A stretch of 64,000 nt of DNA, taken from positions 12,180-76,179 of the IMG/VR virus record IMGVR_UViG_3300026432_000013. The stretch is one strand, 5' to 3'. Below are positions 26,737 through 34,847 of this stretch, one piece after another. The position numbers and the translations under genes are program-made. Source of the stretch: a virus (taxonomy: Duplodnaviria; Caudoviricetes). The stretch's first letter is position 1. Every line of letters starts with the position of its first letter. The notes below the pieces were generated by a model. The model saw nothing but the letters and a program-made list of their open reading frames with translations. It had not been told where the DNA came from and searched no databases.

Positions 26737-27082
26737 ACTGTACCACTCCTTCCAGTAGTTCTTTTAAATATTCATCGCTGCAATACTCCACACCATATTT
26801 CACTCTGAACATACGTTCCTGCTTTGCTCTATCAGGGTCTACCTTGATCCTAGAAATCTTACCAAAGTTGCTCTTAATCATGCTAGCAAGCTCATCCCCA
26901 GCCTTATCAGGGTCAGATAATATGAAAGTAGGAAGCCTCATGTCTAAGGCTTCCTGAATCTGCTCTCTGATACGGTTATTAAATTTTGTCCCATTCGTTA
27001 CTATGGTTTGCACATCTTTTGGACTGTAGACTCTACGAATTGCGTCATGGTCACTAAAACCTTCAACGATAACCGCTATCAT
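26702..27082 (-). CDS. Toprim protein, RNase M5-like
   Basis: IVEGFSD, ILSDPDKAG, GVEY. Confidence 0.85.
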   Translation of the reverse strand: MIAVIVEGFSDHDAIRRVYSPKDVQTIVTNGTKFNNRIREQIQEALDMRLPTFILSDPDKAGDELASMIKSNFGKISRIKVDPDRAKQERMFRVKYGVEYCSDEYLKELLEGVVQYGRSKKEMYGL

Positions 27083-27083
27083 C

Positions 27084-27485
27084 TTATACCCTCCTTGTCA
27101 CCAATAAAATTGAGCCATTCTCTTTGGGTAGCCATCTAACAGAATCCACCCAGCCCATTCCAAGCAACGTCTGTGTCACAACCTTATGGAATCTATCATT
27201 TTTAGGGTGTTCGTCTGGATAAAATGGGAAGATGTTAGCATTCATCTTAACAAGGGTATATACCTGTATAAAGTTTCTACTAACCTCAAGGAAGTGTGGT
27301 TTAGGCTCTGAACCACACGTTACTAGGCACTTCTCTACAAGGTTCATAAACATAATAGCATCATGGTCTTTAAGTTGTCCAGCATTACTGTAGGTTATTC
27401 CAAATTTAGCTATCTCCTGCTCAAGTTTCTTAGCCTGGAGTGTCATAGCTTCTTCATGTTTCTTCATTTGATACTCATTAGTCAT
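27084..27485 (-). CDS. Hypothetical protein
   Basis: ORF coupled to the sigma gene. Confidence 0.7.
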   Translation of the reverse strand: MTNEYQMKKHEEAMTLQAKKLEQEIAKFGITYSNAGQLKDHDAIMFMNLVEKCLVTCGSEPKPHFLEVSRNFIQVYTLVKMNANIFPFYPDEHPKNDRFHKVVTQTLLGMGWVDSVRWLPKENGSILLVTRRV

Positions 27486-28041
27486 ATAAGTCCTCTCCCC
27501 ACCACTCTATTAGTCTTGCATACTCTTTGTCAAACTTCTGTATCAAGAAGTACAGCCTAGCATGTAGTCTATTGGAAGGTACCCCTTCTTCCTCGGCTAA
27601 CTGCTGAATAGTCTTCTGGTCTATCAGCAATCCAATCATAAGATTTCGATGTTTCTCTCCTAGCTGAATGTCTGGGTCAATACTATGAAGGTCAACTATA
27701 CGCTGAAGTAACTCTGCATATTGGGTATCCTCCACTACTATACCGTTATCATCATTGCTGTATGTCTCACGATTTATGTTCTTATGGTACTTGTTTACCC
27801 AGTGGAAGATACGTAAATCAAGCATCTTCTTAATATAGTAGGGGAAGTCAACCCCCCGATGGGGGTTGTATTCCGTTACTAAGCTTAAGAATGTACGGTC
27901 TATTTCAGCAGACAACTCTTCCCTATCTGTGTTGTTAGCCATCTGGTCTTTGAACTTATTGTATATCTTTCTTCTAAGTGGCTCATACTTATTATAGAGA
28001 TATACAGGTTCAAAATGAGTAGGAGGTGTCATATCGTTCAT
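27478..28041 (-). CDS. Late sigma factor, SPO1 gp34 homologue
   Basis: KYEPL..IY, EYNPHRGVDFPYYIK, GEKHR.L..G.L...KT..LAEEEGV; directly downstream of a gp33 homologue. Confidence 0.85.
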   Translation of the reverse strand: MNDMTPPTHFEPVYLYNKYEPLRRKIYNKFKDQMANNTDREELSAEIDRTFLSLVTEYNPHRGVDFPYYIKKMLDLRIFHWVNKYHKNINRETYSNDDNGIVVEDTQYAELLQRIVDLHSIDPDIQLGEKHRNLMIGLLIDQKTIQQLAEEEGVPSNRLHARLYFLIQKFDKEYARLIEWWGEDLYD

Positions 28042-28346
28042 TCTACGTCACTAATCCTTTCTTCCCCACTAAAGATACCGTTCCAGCATATGCAAGTAAA
28101 GACTTCAGCAGTATAGTCCATCCCAAAGCACTGGTAACTAACTCGTAGGTATCTCTCATGAGCTTCTACTATCGTGATAACACGTACTTCTTTGGTAGAC
28201 CCACTAGTGTACAGCCCACGTCTACCCTCTAGAGCCTTGTATTCTTCTCTTAACTTCTTGTGTTGCTCATCTACAGCACCAGCTACAGGAGAGCTATCTA
28301 TTAGCTTGTTACTTCTATATTGCAGTGCTTTGAGAAATTCCTTCAT
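28038..28346 (-). CDS. SPO1 gp33 homologue (late transcription accessory)
   Basis: STKEVRVITI..A..RY..SY..FGMDY..SGEE..DVE resembles recalled gp33; syntenic with gp34. Confidence 0.8.
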   Translation of the reverse strand: MKEFLKALQYRSNKLIDSSPVAGAVDEQHKKLREEYKALEGRRGLYTSGSTKEVRVITIVEAHERYLRVSYQCFGMDYTAEVFTCICWNGIFSGEERISDVE

Positions 28347-28361
28347 ATATACTCAATCCTC

Positions 28362-29645
28362 CTAGTCTTTGTCAGGACGGAATCTTATAAACACTGGGAA
28401 GCGTAGAGACTTCTTACCTGTCTTGCTATTGGTAGTTTCCTCTCGGTATTCCACTTCAATAGTCTGATTTATAAGTTCGTCACGTTTAACCCACAATTCA
28501 TCTCGTAGCTCATGAGATACACCCTCACCTACATTAACAGTATTGTCTTTGTAAGCAACTACCAGAGCACCCAGAGTGCCTTCAAACATGGTACCTTCCC
28601 TACCTTCAGTAGTTCCAACGATAGGAAGGTCAATTCTCTTAACCCCTACTATCTTCTGCATGTCATAACATTTTTTACATTTATAAGTAGCATCAAGGTC
28701 TTTCAGCATAGTACCCTCATATCCTAATGCTACGTTTCTACGATGAATTTCAAATACTGCCTGTTGTGACTCTTCACTATCCTCGAAGTGCCCTTCAGGT
28801 CTTACATACTCAATAAACCATAGTGGAAGGTCTTGGATATAGTGATGGTCTAAGTACTCCATGTGATCAATACGCTCTTCATAGATAGTCTTGCTCTCAC
28901 CTGCTTCAAACTCTTCTATAGTTAAGCAGTCGAACATATGAAGAATACCTTCTTTGCTGTCAGTCTTCTTAAAGGCTGATTTTTGTACATCAGAGAACTT
29001 ACCAGATGGTGCCATAATCTCTCCATCATATACATACCCTCTTGGTAGTTTAGCAACATCTTGCTCAATTGCATCATATCCAGTAATGATTTTACCATTT
29101 CTAGATTTAAGTTCTACTCTACCGTCATGATGATGAAAAGCATTGCATCTATACCCATCAAACTTAGGATTAGTTGTATATCTCTTTGGATACTTCTTCA
29201 ATGCCTTAGCTAGAGCACAAGTATGAGTTTCAATAAACCCTGGGAATACCTTGTTAATACTCTTAGCAGTAATACCAATCTTAAAGTCTTTCTGGATAGA
29301 CTTCATATACCACTCTGCTTCTTTAGAGCCACATGTGGACATCAATCCATCTAAGGCTTCTAATGCAGCATTACCTGTCAGGTCTCTGCTAGCTAGTAGA
29401 TTAGTAAGGAGGAGGTATTTATCATAATTGTATTGAAGGTCATCGTTGAATTCAATACTTAAAGGCTTAGTTTTAGACTTTTTCTTGATACCAAATATCA
29501 TCTCTGGGTCATAAGTTCTTAGTAGGATTTCTTTAAACACGGGGTTACCCTCACCCTGTCTCAGGTAATCCTCTTTAGCCGTTCTTGATGTAGTTCCCCC
29601 TATAGCTTGCAACAATTCGAATGCATGTACAATCTGTTTAGTCAT
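28362..29645 (-). CDS. lig: ATP-dependent DNA ligase
   Basis: PKFDGYR motif I, YDGEI, FDCL, EGTMLK, C-terminal SLRFPVF OB fold. Confidence 0.92.
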   Translation of the reverse strand: MTKQIVHAFELLQAIGGTTSRTAKEDYLRQGEGNPVFKEILLRTYDPEMIFGIKKKSKTKPLSIEFNDDLQYNYDKYLLLTNLLASRDLTGNAALEALDGLMSTCGSKEAEWYMKSIQKDFKIGITAKSINKVFPGFIETHTCALAKALKKYPKRYTTNPKFDGYRCNAFHHHDGRVELKSRNGKIITGYDAIEQDVAKLPRGYVYDGEIMAPSGKFSDVQKSAFKKTDSKEGILHMFDCLTIEEFEAGESKTIYEERIDHMEYLDHHYIQDLPLWFIEYVRPEGHFEDSEESQQAVFEIHRRNVALGYEGTMLKDLDATYKCKKCYDMQKIVGVKRIDLPIVGTTEGREGTMFEGTLGALVVAYKDNTVNVGEGVSHELRDELWVKRDELINQTIEVEYREETTNSKTGKKSLRFPVFIRFRPDKD

Positions 29646-29743
29646 TTAGATAAATCTCTCCTTTCAAGGTCTCTGAAATAAAAGAAGGGGAGTTCTCAGA
29701 GTTTTCCCTTTATTTGTCATATGGCATAAAATAAGAGGTCTCT

Positions 29744-29980
29744 CTACAGAGACCCCTCTTTTTTCTCTAGTCGATATACCAGAATGAAACTGGTTACCCA
29801 ACCTAGTATCTTTATACTCCAAATAGTTATGTCTGGAGGATGTGTGGCGTAGTATTCATCTAGGTCTAGAATACCCCACCATACCACTCCTACTAGAATG
29901 ATTCCTGCTAACTGGAATACATAGCTGAATAGCCAGCACATCCATACCTGCCTTATGGTGTTCTGTATTCTCATTCCCAT
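29744..29980 (-). CDS. Two-TM membrane protein
   Basis: Two hydrophobic segments. Confidence 0.6.
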   Translation of the reverse strand: MGMRIQNTIRQVWMCWLFSYVFQLAGIILVGVVWWGILDLDEYYATHPPDITIWSIKILGWVTSFILVYRLEKKEGSL

Positions 29981-30402
29981 TTGTGTTCTGCTACATGCAC
30001 TTGGATATGAGGGTTATGACCAGGTATTATGTGGTCATATAGAGCCTTAAACCCAATAGTCTCAGCTAAGGTTGTGTACTTAACTGGAAATTTCCTTAAC
30101 GCCCATGCAGGGAAGTGGGACTCTTTAAAGTGTTGCCACCATGTAGCAGGTACTTGGAAGGTAACTGTCTTCTCAAACTCTTTAGCAGGGACTCTCCTTG
30201 ATATACCCATCACATAGCTACTAGCCAACCCATTAATTGCTCTTTCTATAAAGACATCAAAGTCTCCCATATGAGGCTCATAGCTTACATGCTGGGCGAT
30301 AGTTTCTCGTATACAGTTTATGATAACTGTCTTGTGTTCAACCCTGTCTAGTTGCCTCCACATATCACCATTGGCTCTATCATGCCACATATTACTCATC
30401 AT
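29971..30402 (-). CDS. Hypothetical protein
   Basis: ORF overlapping its neighbours. Confidence 0.7.
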   Translation of the reverse strand: MMSNMWHDRANGDMWRQLDRVEHKTVIINCIRETIAQHVSYEPHMGDFDVFIERAINGLASSYVMGISRRVPAKEFEKTVTFQVPATWWQHFKESHFPAWALRKFPVKYTTLAETIGFKALYDHIIPGHNPHIQVHVAEHKWE

Positions 30403-31324
30403 CCTCCTCTAGTGCTCGGAATACCATAGTAAACGCTAGGTACTCTGCTAGGATAGCAGCAAACTGGTTACGCATCAGCCAGTTCTTGAAGTAGTTTGTA
30501 TCGAACTCAATAGGATCATTTAGAGCCTTATCTAGCTCATGTCTAATGCTTGTGTAGTCAAAGAATTTAAGGTTCATAATCTTGTTATTAACACCTAGAC
30601 GCTTTAAGTTCTCAGGCTCAAAGATACGTGCATTAACCTTAGACTTCATTAATGCTTTCTTCACGTCACCAGTAGCAGCTAGGATGTGGTCAATGTGACC
30701 ATATTTATCCATCAGTGCTTTAGCTTTCTTCTCACCTATACCATGAATACCAATGATATTATCTGAAGTATCCCCCACTAACGCTCGGTAACCAAGGTAT
30801 GCTTCACGTGTTACTCCAGTCTCTTCATAGAAGTCACTGATACCGATTACTCTATCCTTGTAAGGAGTATACACTGATACACGCTCATTGATGAGCTGTA
30901 GCATATCCTTATCACTTGAGACAATCATAACATTGTCTTGAGTAAGCTCACAGAATGCATAAATTAAGTCATCGGCTTCATGACCATCTAACTTAATACT
31001 ACGTATATTGATCTTAGGAAGCATAGTGTTAAGCTCATTTAATTGAGCAAATAGCCCATCGAACTTAGCTTTCTCTTCAGGGTCGTCACCATAACTACGA
31101 TTTGCCTTATATTCGGGATATAATTCCTTACGCCATTCTGCTTTTCCACCATCGAAACACACCAAACATTTAGTAGTTTCTGGGAAGCGTTCCAGATATA
31201 TCTTAATGGATTTAAGGACACCCTGCATTACACCTGTAGGCTTGCCATCCTTTGTCTCTAGTTGTCCTTGCGGAGTATGGAAAGCACGGTAACCTATATT
31301 ATTCCCATCAATTAGTAGTAACAT
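30392..31324 (-). CDS. 5'-3' exonuclease / flap endonuclease (RNase H-like)
   Basis: LLIDGNN, FDGGK..RKELYPEYKANR, EADD, SSDKDMLQL, GDTSDNI.GI.GIGEK. Confidence 0.95.
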   Translation of the reverse strand: MLLLIDGNNIGYRAFHTPQGQLETKDGKPTGVMQGVLKSIKIYLERFPETTKCLVCFDGGKAEWRKELYPEYKANRSYGDDPEEKAKFDGLFAQLNELNTMLPKINIRSIKLDGHEADDLIYAFCELTQDNVMIVSSDKDMLQLINERVSVYTPYKDRVIGISDFYEETGVTREAYLGYRALVGDTSDNIIGIHGIGEKKAKALMDKYGHIDHILAATGDVKKALMKSKVNARIFEPENLKRLGVNNKIMNLKFFDYTSIRHELDKALNDPIEFDTNYFKNWLMRNQFAAILAEYLAFTMVFRALEEDDE

Positions 31325-31336
31325 CTTGTTTCCTCC

Positions 31337-31822
31337 TTATAATGCTCTTCTGTATTTTTTACGGTATTCTTTCGCAGGTAGTAAGTCTACAATCTCATCT
31401 ACCTTGTAGTTCTCTTCTAAGTCCATTCTAGCATGTTGCTCAGTGACAGCATACAAGTTGATAGGGTATTCCTCTCCATCCTTCTTGCATAGAGCAATGA
31501 ACTTATCTCTGTTACTTCTGATAGCCTTAGCCTGTTCCGCATACTTTTCAATAGCAGGAATGCCCTTAGGTATTGCAGGCTTAGGTCTAACATAAGACTT
31601 ACGTATATAAACTATGTGAGCGTTCTTATCCCACCTAAGGGATACACTACCATCATGAGCCTGCTTACACAGTGCTCTAATTTTATCCCTCACCCATACC
31701 AAACGTAGACCATGCTGTTCAATTATATAGGTGTAGTCATATTCACCTTTCGTCTCAAGGGCTTTAAGAATTTCATCATTCCAATGGGGTTGCCACTTTC
31801 TCTTGCGTCCTGCTTCTGCCAT
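31337..31822 (-). CDS. Hypothetical protein
   Basis: ORF with SD GAGGTG. Confidence 0.7.
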   Translation of the reverse strand: MAEAGRKRKWQPHWNDEILKALETKGEYDYTYIIEQHGLRLVWVRDKIRALCKQAHDGSVSLRWDKNAHIVYIRKSYVRPKPAIPKGIPAIEKYAEQAKAIRSNRDKFIALCKKDGEEYPINLYAVTEQHARMDLEENYKVDEIVDLLPAKEYRKKYRRAL

Positions 31823-31839
31823 CTCAATCACCTCACAAA

Positions 31840-31873
31840 AAATAAAAGAAAGGAGTCAGAAATCGACTCCTTA
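31840..31873 (-). promoter_or_regulatory. Middle promoter overlapping a terminator
   Basis: AGGAGTcgA-15-TTTTATTT within the hairpin AAGGAGTC/GACTCCTT. Confidence 0.6.
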
Positions 31874-31877
31874 GGGT

Positions 31878-32723
31878 TTATTGACCTGTCAAACCTTGTA
31901 AATTTTGTATCATAGCACTCGCCTTGCCTTTTGTAATGACAATCTCACCATCTTTTACTAAAGTCACCCCATCGTATGGATGAGAAACTCCCTTGTTCAT
32001 AGCTGTAACAAGTAGCTTCTTAATAAAGCCAATCTGACCTGTAGTAGCAGGTTCACTTACCCATGCAGGAGCGTTATTTTCATCCTTTTTCTTATAGTTA
32101 GACTGTGCTTCTCTAGGTGTCACATCTACTTCAATGCAGTTTCTACTAGCTAGGTAGTCACACATGTGGACATGTAGTTGAGCTTTAGTTTTAGGAATGT
32201 CCATAATTTCATTACCTTCTTTATCTGTATTCCAGATGCCCATATGTGTCTCAATCATATTACAGATTAAGCTCCATTTATCTTCCATATCTTTAACACG
32301 CAGTGTAGTATCCATATCACAAGTGAATCCATAACCTTTAGTAGGGTGAAGTGCTTCACGTACTAATAATGGATGCTCGGCTACAGTATGAGTACCATCT
32401 GTACCTTGCTTTAGGCAGTCATGTAGTAGTACAGCAACACGAATCATATCTTTCTCTACTGGTGTAAAGGGAGAGTATAATTTATGGTCTAATAACTCCT
32501 CAGAGATACGGAATACACCTTTTACATGACGTACTAAGCCAGCCAGACCTAAGCTACTTTTTGGATGGTACTTACCACTTGCTGATGCTGGTACATACCA
32601 GAAGTAATCAGGTGCTTTATTTAAGCCATGTACTGCTAAGTGACGGCACACTTCATCTTCAATACAACCTAGTTCATATTTAAATTCATGGCTAACATCT
32701 ACAGCTTGTTTAATCTCTTTCAT
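31878..32723 (-). CDS. HD-domain phosphohydrolase
   Basis: KYHP..RHVK..LLHD..HP..HMG..HMCDYLASR. Confidence 0.85.
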   Translation of the reverse strand: MKEIKQAVDVSHEFKYELGCIEDEVCRHLAVHGLNKAPDYFWYVPASASGKYHPKSSLGLAGLVRHVKGVFRISEELLDHKLYSPFTPVEKDMIRVAVLLHDCLKQGTDGTHTVAEHPLLVREALHPTKGYGFTCDMDTTLRVKDMEDKWSLICNMIETHMGIWNTDKEGNEIMDIPKTKAQLHVHMCDYLASRNCIEVDVTPREAQSNYKKKDENNAPAWVSEPATTGQIGFIKKLLVTAMNKGVSHPYDGVTLVKDGEIVITKGKASAMIQNLQGLTGQ

Positions 32724-32791
32724 AAGTATATATCCCCTTTTCAAAAGTATTAGCAGGTGGTTGCCCACCTGCTTAATGTCCTAAGTATGCC

Positions 32792-33727
32792 TTACTTACG
32801 TTTTCTACGTGCTGCTAGTTTTGCTGCAATCTCAGCAGATAGGTCGTCTCCATCCCCATCGCTAGACTCTTCAGATTCAGAGTTTTCCTCTTCCTCTTCC
32901 TTCTCTTCTTTTTTCAGCTTAGTTTTGGTAGAGTCCTTTTTAGGCTTCTCTTCCTCTTCCTGCTCTTCTTCCTTCTCTTCACCCTCTTCAGGCTCTTCAC
33001 CATTAAGAATAGCATCAATCTCATCATAGCTCTTAGCCTTAGCTAATGGGTTTAAGTCGTGTGCCTCTTCTTCCCAGTTATCAAAGCCAATAACAGACTC
33101 TTTACGCACAGTCTTAACATCATACTTAGTGTTATAACCTGTACCAGACTTAGTAATGATTACATCTAAGCCCTCTTCCTCATCGGTAATATCACCGTAC
33201 TCTGGATCAATGATAAGAGCAAGTAACGCCTTATAGATGCCGATACCAGAACCAAACACTTTGATAGGTGTTTCCTCTTCATCATCAGCGTTAAACCATT
33301 TCTCCTTACCATCTACTTCCTTCTTCTCAAATGAATCTAGGTCATCGGCACGGTCAATAGCGTTGTAGTATACACGTGTCTTCTTGTTAAGCTCTTTAGC
33401 CATCTTATCGTACTTGTCATCTTTCTTCTTAGATAGCTTACGGAACTCAGCAACAACGTCACATACTGGACAAGGCTTGTTATCTCCATGAGTTTTAGGG
33501 CACACTACCATTGTACCACGTTTATTCTCTTCAGTCTTATTCACACCAAAGTGTACGAATACCTCTTTAGCAAATACTCCATCACCTTTAGGTGGTAAGA
33601 TACGGATAACATTACGCCCATCTTTAAGGTTAAGCCAGCTAATTCCACCGCCAGAACCATTACCTCCGCTATTGCTATTTAACTCTGTTAATCTTGCTGC
33701 TAGTGCCGATACGTCTAATTTTGCCAT
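32792..33727 (-). CDS. Single-stranded DNA-binding protein (T4 gp32-like)
   Basis: IRILPP..VHF..CP..CPVC..YYNAI..G.D..ITK.GTG..TKY, plus an acidic tail. Confidence 0.8.
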   Translation of the reverse strand: MAKLDVSALAARLTELNSNSGGNGSGGGISWLNLKDGRNVIRILPPKGDGVFAKEVFVHFGVNKTEENKRGTMVVCPKTHGDNKPCPVCDVVAEFRKLSKKKDDKYDKMAKELNKKTRVYYNAIDRADDLDSFEKKEVDGKEKWFNADDEEETPIKVFGSGIGIYKALLALIIDPEYGDITDEEEGLDVIITKSGTGYNTKYDVKTVRKESVIGFDNWEEEAHDLNPLAKAKSYDEIDAILNGEEPEEGEEKEEEQEEEEKPKKDSTKTKLKKEEKEEEEENSESEESSDGDGDDLSAEIAAKLAARRKRK

Positions 33728-33765
33728 TATAATTTTCCTCCTTGGGGCTAGTTACGGTCAATGAC

Positions 33766-34128
33766 CTAAATTACGCCCATTAAATGTGTGATATTTTGGT
33801 TATAACTTTTCAACACTTTACGCTTGTCACTACTACGTAACAATAGCTTCAATGTTGATTCTCTATGATTAAACGCTTCAAGAGTAGACTGTAAAGTATC
33901 TCTGTGCTCTACTGCTCTCTCGTAACGCTCACCACCAATGCTTAGGTCTTGCAGGTACTGTACATGATTCTCAGCTACATCATACAGGGTCTTCCACCAC
34001 GCATACTTACTAGGGTGGCTTAGGACTTCTTTAAGAACATTAGAGCTATCTATAGCCAGTTCCCTCTGTAAATCCGCTGTGTACATTTTACCTTTTGGTA
34101 AGGCGATTCTTATAATCTTACGTGACAT
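33766..34128 (-). CDS. UvsY-like recombination mediator (tentative)
   Basis: L.ID..N...E...HP..YAWW..L and ..AF.HR..L; adjacent to SSB. Confidence 0.5.
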   Translation of the reverse strand: MSRKIIRIALPKGKMYTADLQRELAIDSSNVLKEVLSHPSKYAWWKTLYDVAENHVQYLQDLSIGGERYERAVEHRDTLQSTLEAFNHRESTLKLLLRSSDKRKVLKSYNQNITHLMGVI

Positions 34129-34237
34129 ACTCATCATACCTTTCTGTCTTGAACGCCTTCACAATTATTAAAGCAAGGCACACAATTTTTTCTCCACCAT
34201 CTCTTAGTATCGTGGGGTTCAACAACCTGTTCGACAT

Positions 34238-34269
34238 AAAAAAAGGTCAAGAAACGGGAATCGTCTCCT
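34238..34269 (-). promoter_or_regulatory. Middle promoter overlapping a terminator
   Basis: TcAGGAGAcgA-16-TTTTTTT; stem GGTCAGGA/TCTTGACC. Confidence 0.7.
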
Positions 34270-34298
34270 GACCTATAAACAAAATGAAAAGCCCCCTA

Positions 34299-34601
34299 TC
34301 AATGAGGGAGCTTTTCTTCTTCTACTATTCTATTTAAATACAACTTGATACACGCCTTGTCAAAGGAGGTAACCTGTCGTTCATCAATCATTTTATCTAA
34401 TTCTTCATTTATCTGCTCTAGTCTAAGATTACAATCGACCATCCTAGATGCCATTGTGACTGCTGCTAAGTACTGTCGGTAAGGAGTGCCAAGTCTGGTA
34501 ATTTCTATAGGCTCGTCAGATAATTTTAGTCCTAGTTGCCTAGCCAAGGCAACCCAGTCAACCTTATCAAAATCTACATTATTAGGCATGTGTTCTAGCA
34601 T
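34299..34601 (-). CDS. Hypothetical protein
   Basis: SD AAAAGGAGAG. Confidence 0.7.
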   Translation of the reverse strand: MLEHMPNNVDFDKVDWVALARQLGLKLSDEPIEITRLGTPYRQYLAAVTMASRMVDCNLRLEQINEELDKMIDERQVTSFDKACIKLYLNRIVEEEKLPH

Positions 34602-34738
34602 GTCTTTGTCTCTCCTTTTAGTATGATTTTATCTACTTCAAAGCCCCTACTAATCCAATCTAGAACGTATTTCTCCGTGCATGTGATTACTACCCCATTA
34701 GATTTATTAACCATTTCGTAAGTTTTAGTCTTGGTCAT
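34595..34738 (-). CDS. Small protein (47 aa; not in ORF track)
   Basis: MTKTKTYEMVNKSNG..; SD GGGAGG; overlaps the next start. Confidence 0.6.
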   Translation of the reverse strand: MTKTKTYEMVNKSNGVVITCTEKYVLDWISRGFEVDKIILKGETKTC

Positions 34739-34847
34739 ATTGATTTCCTCCCTCAAATTGAGTTTTGCAAAATTTTATCCTCAAGTCGAGTGGAAGATTC
34801 TTCCGTGAGATACAGAACTAGTTTCCTATACAAAAAAGAAGAAGGCT

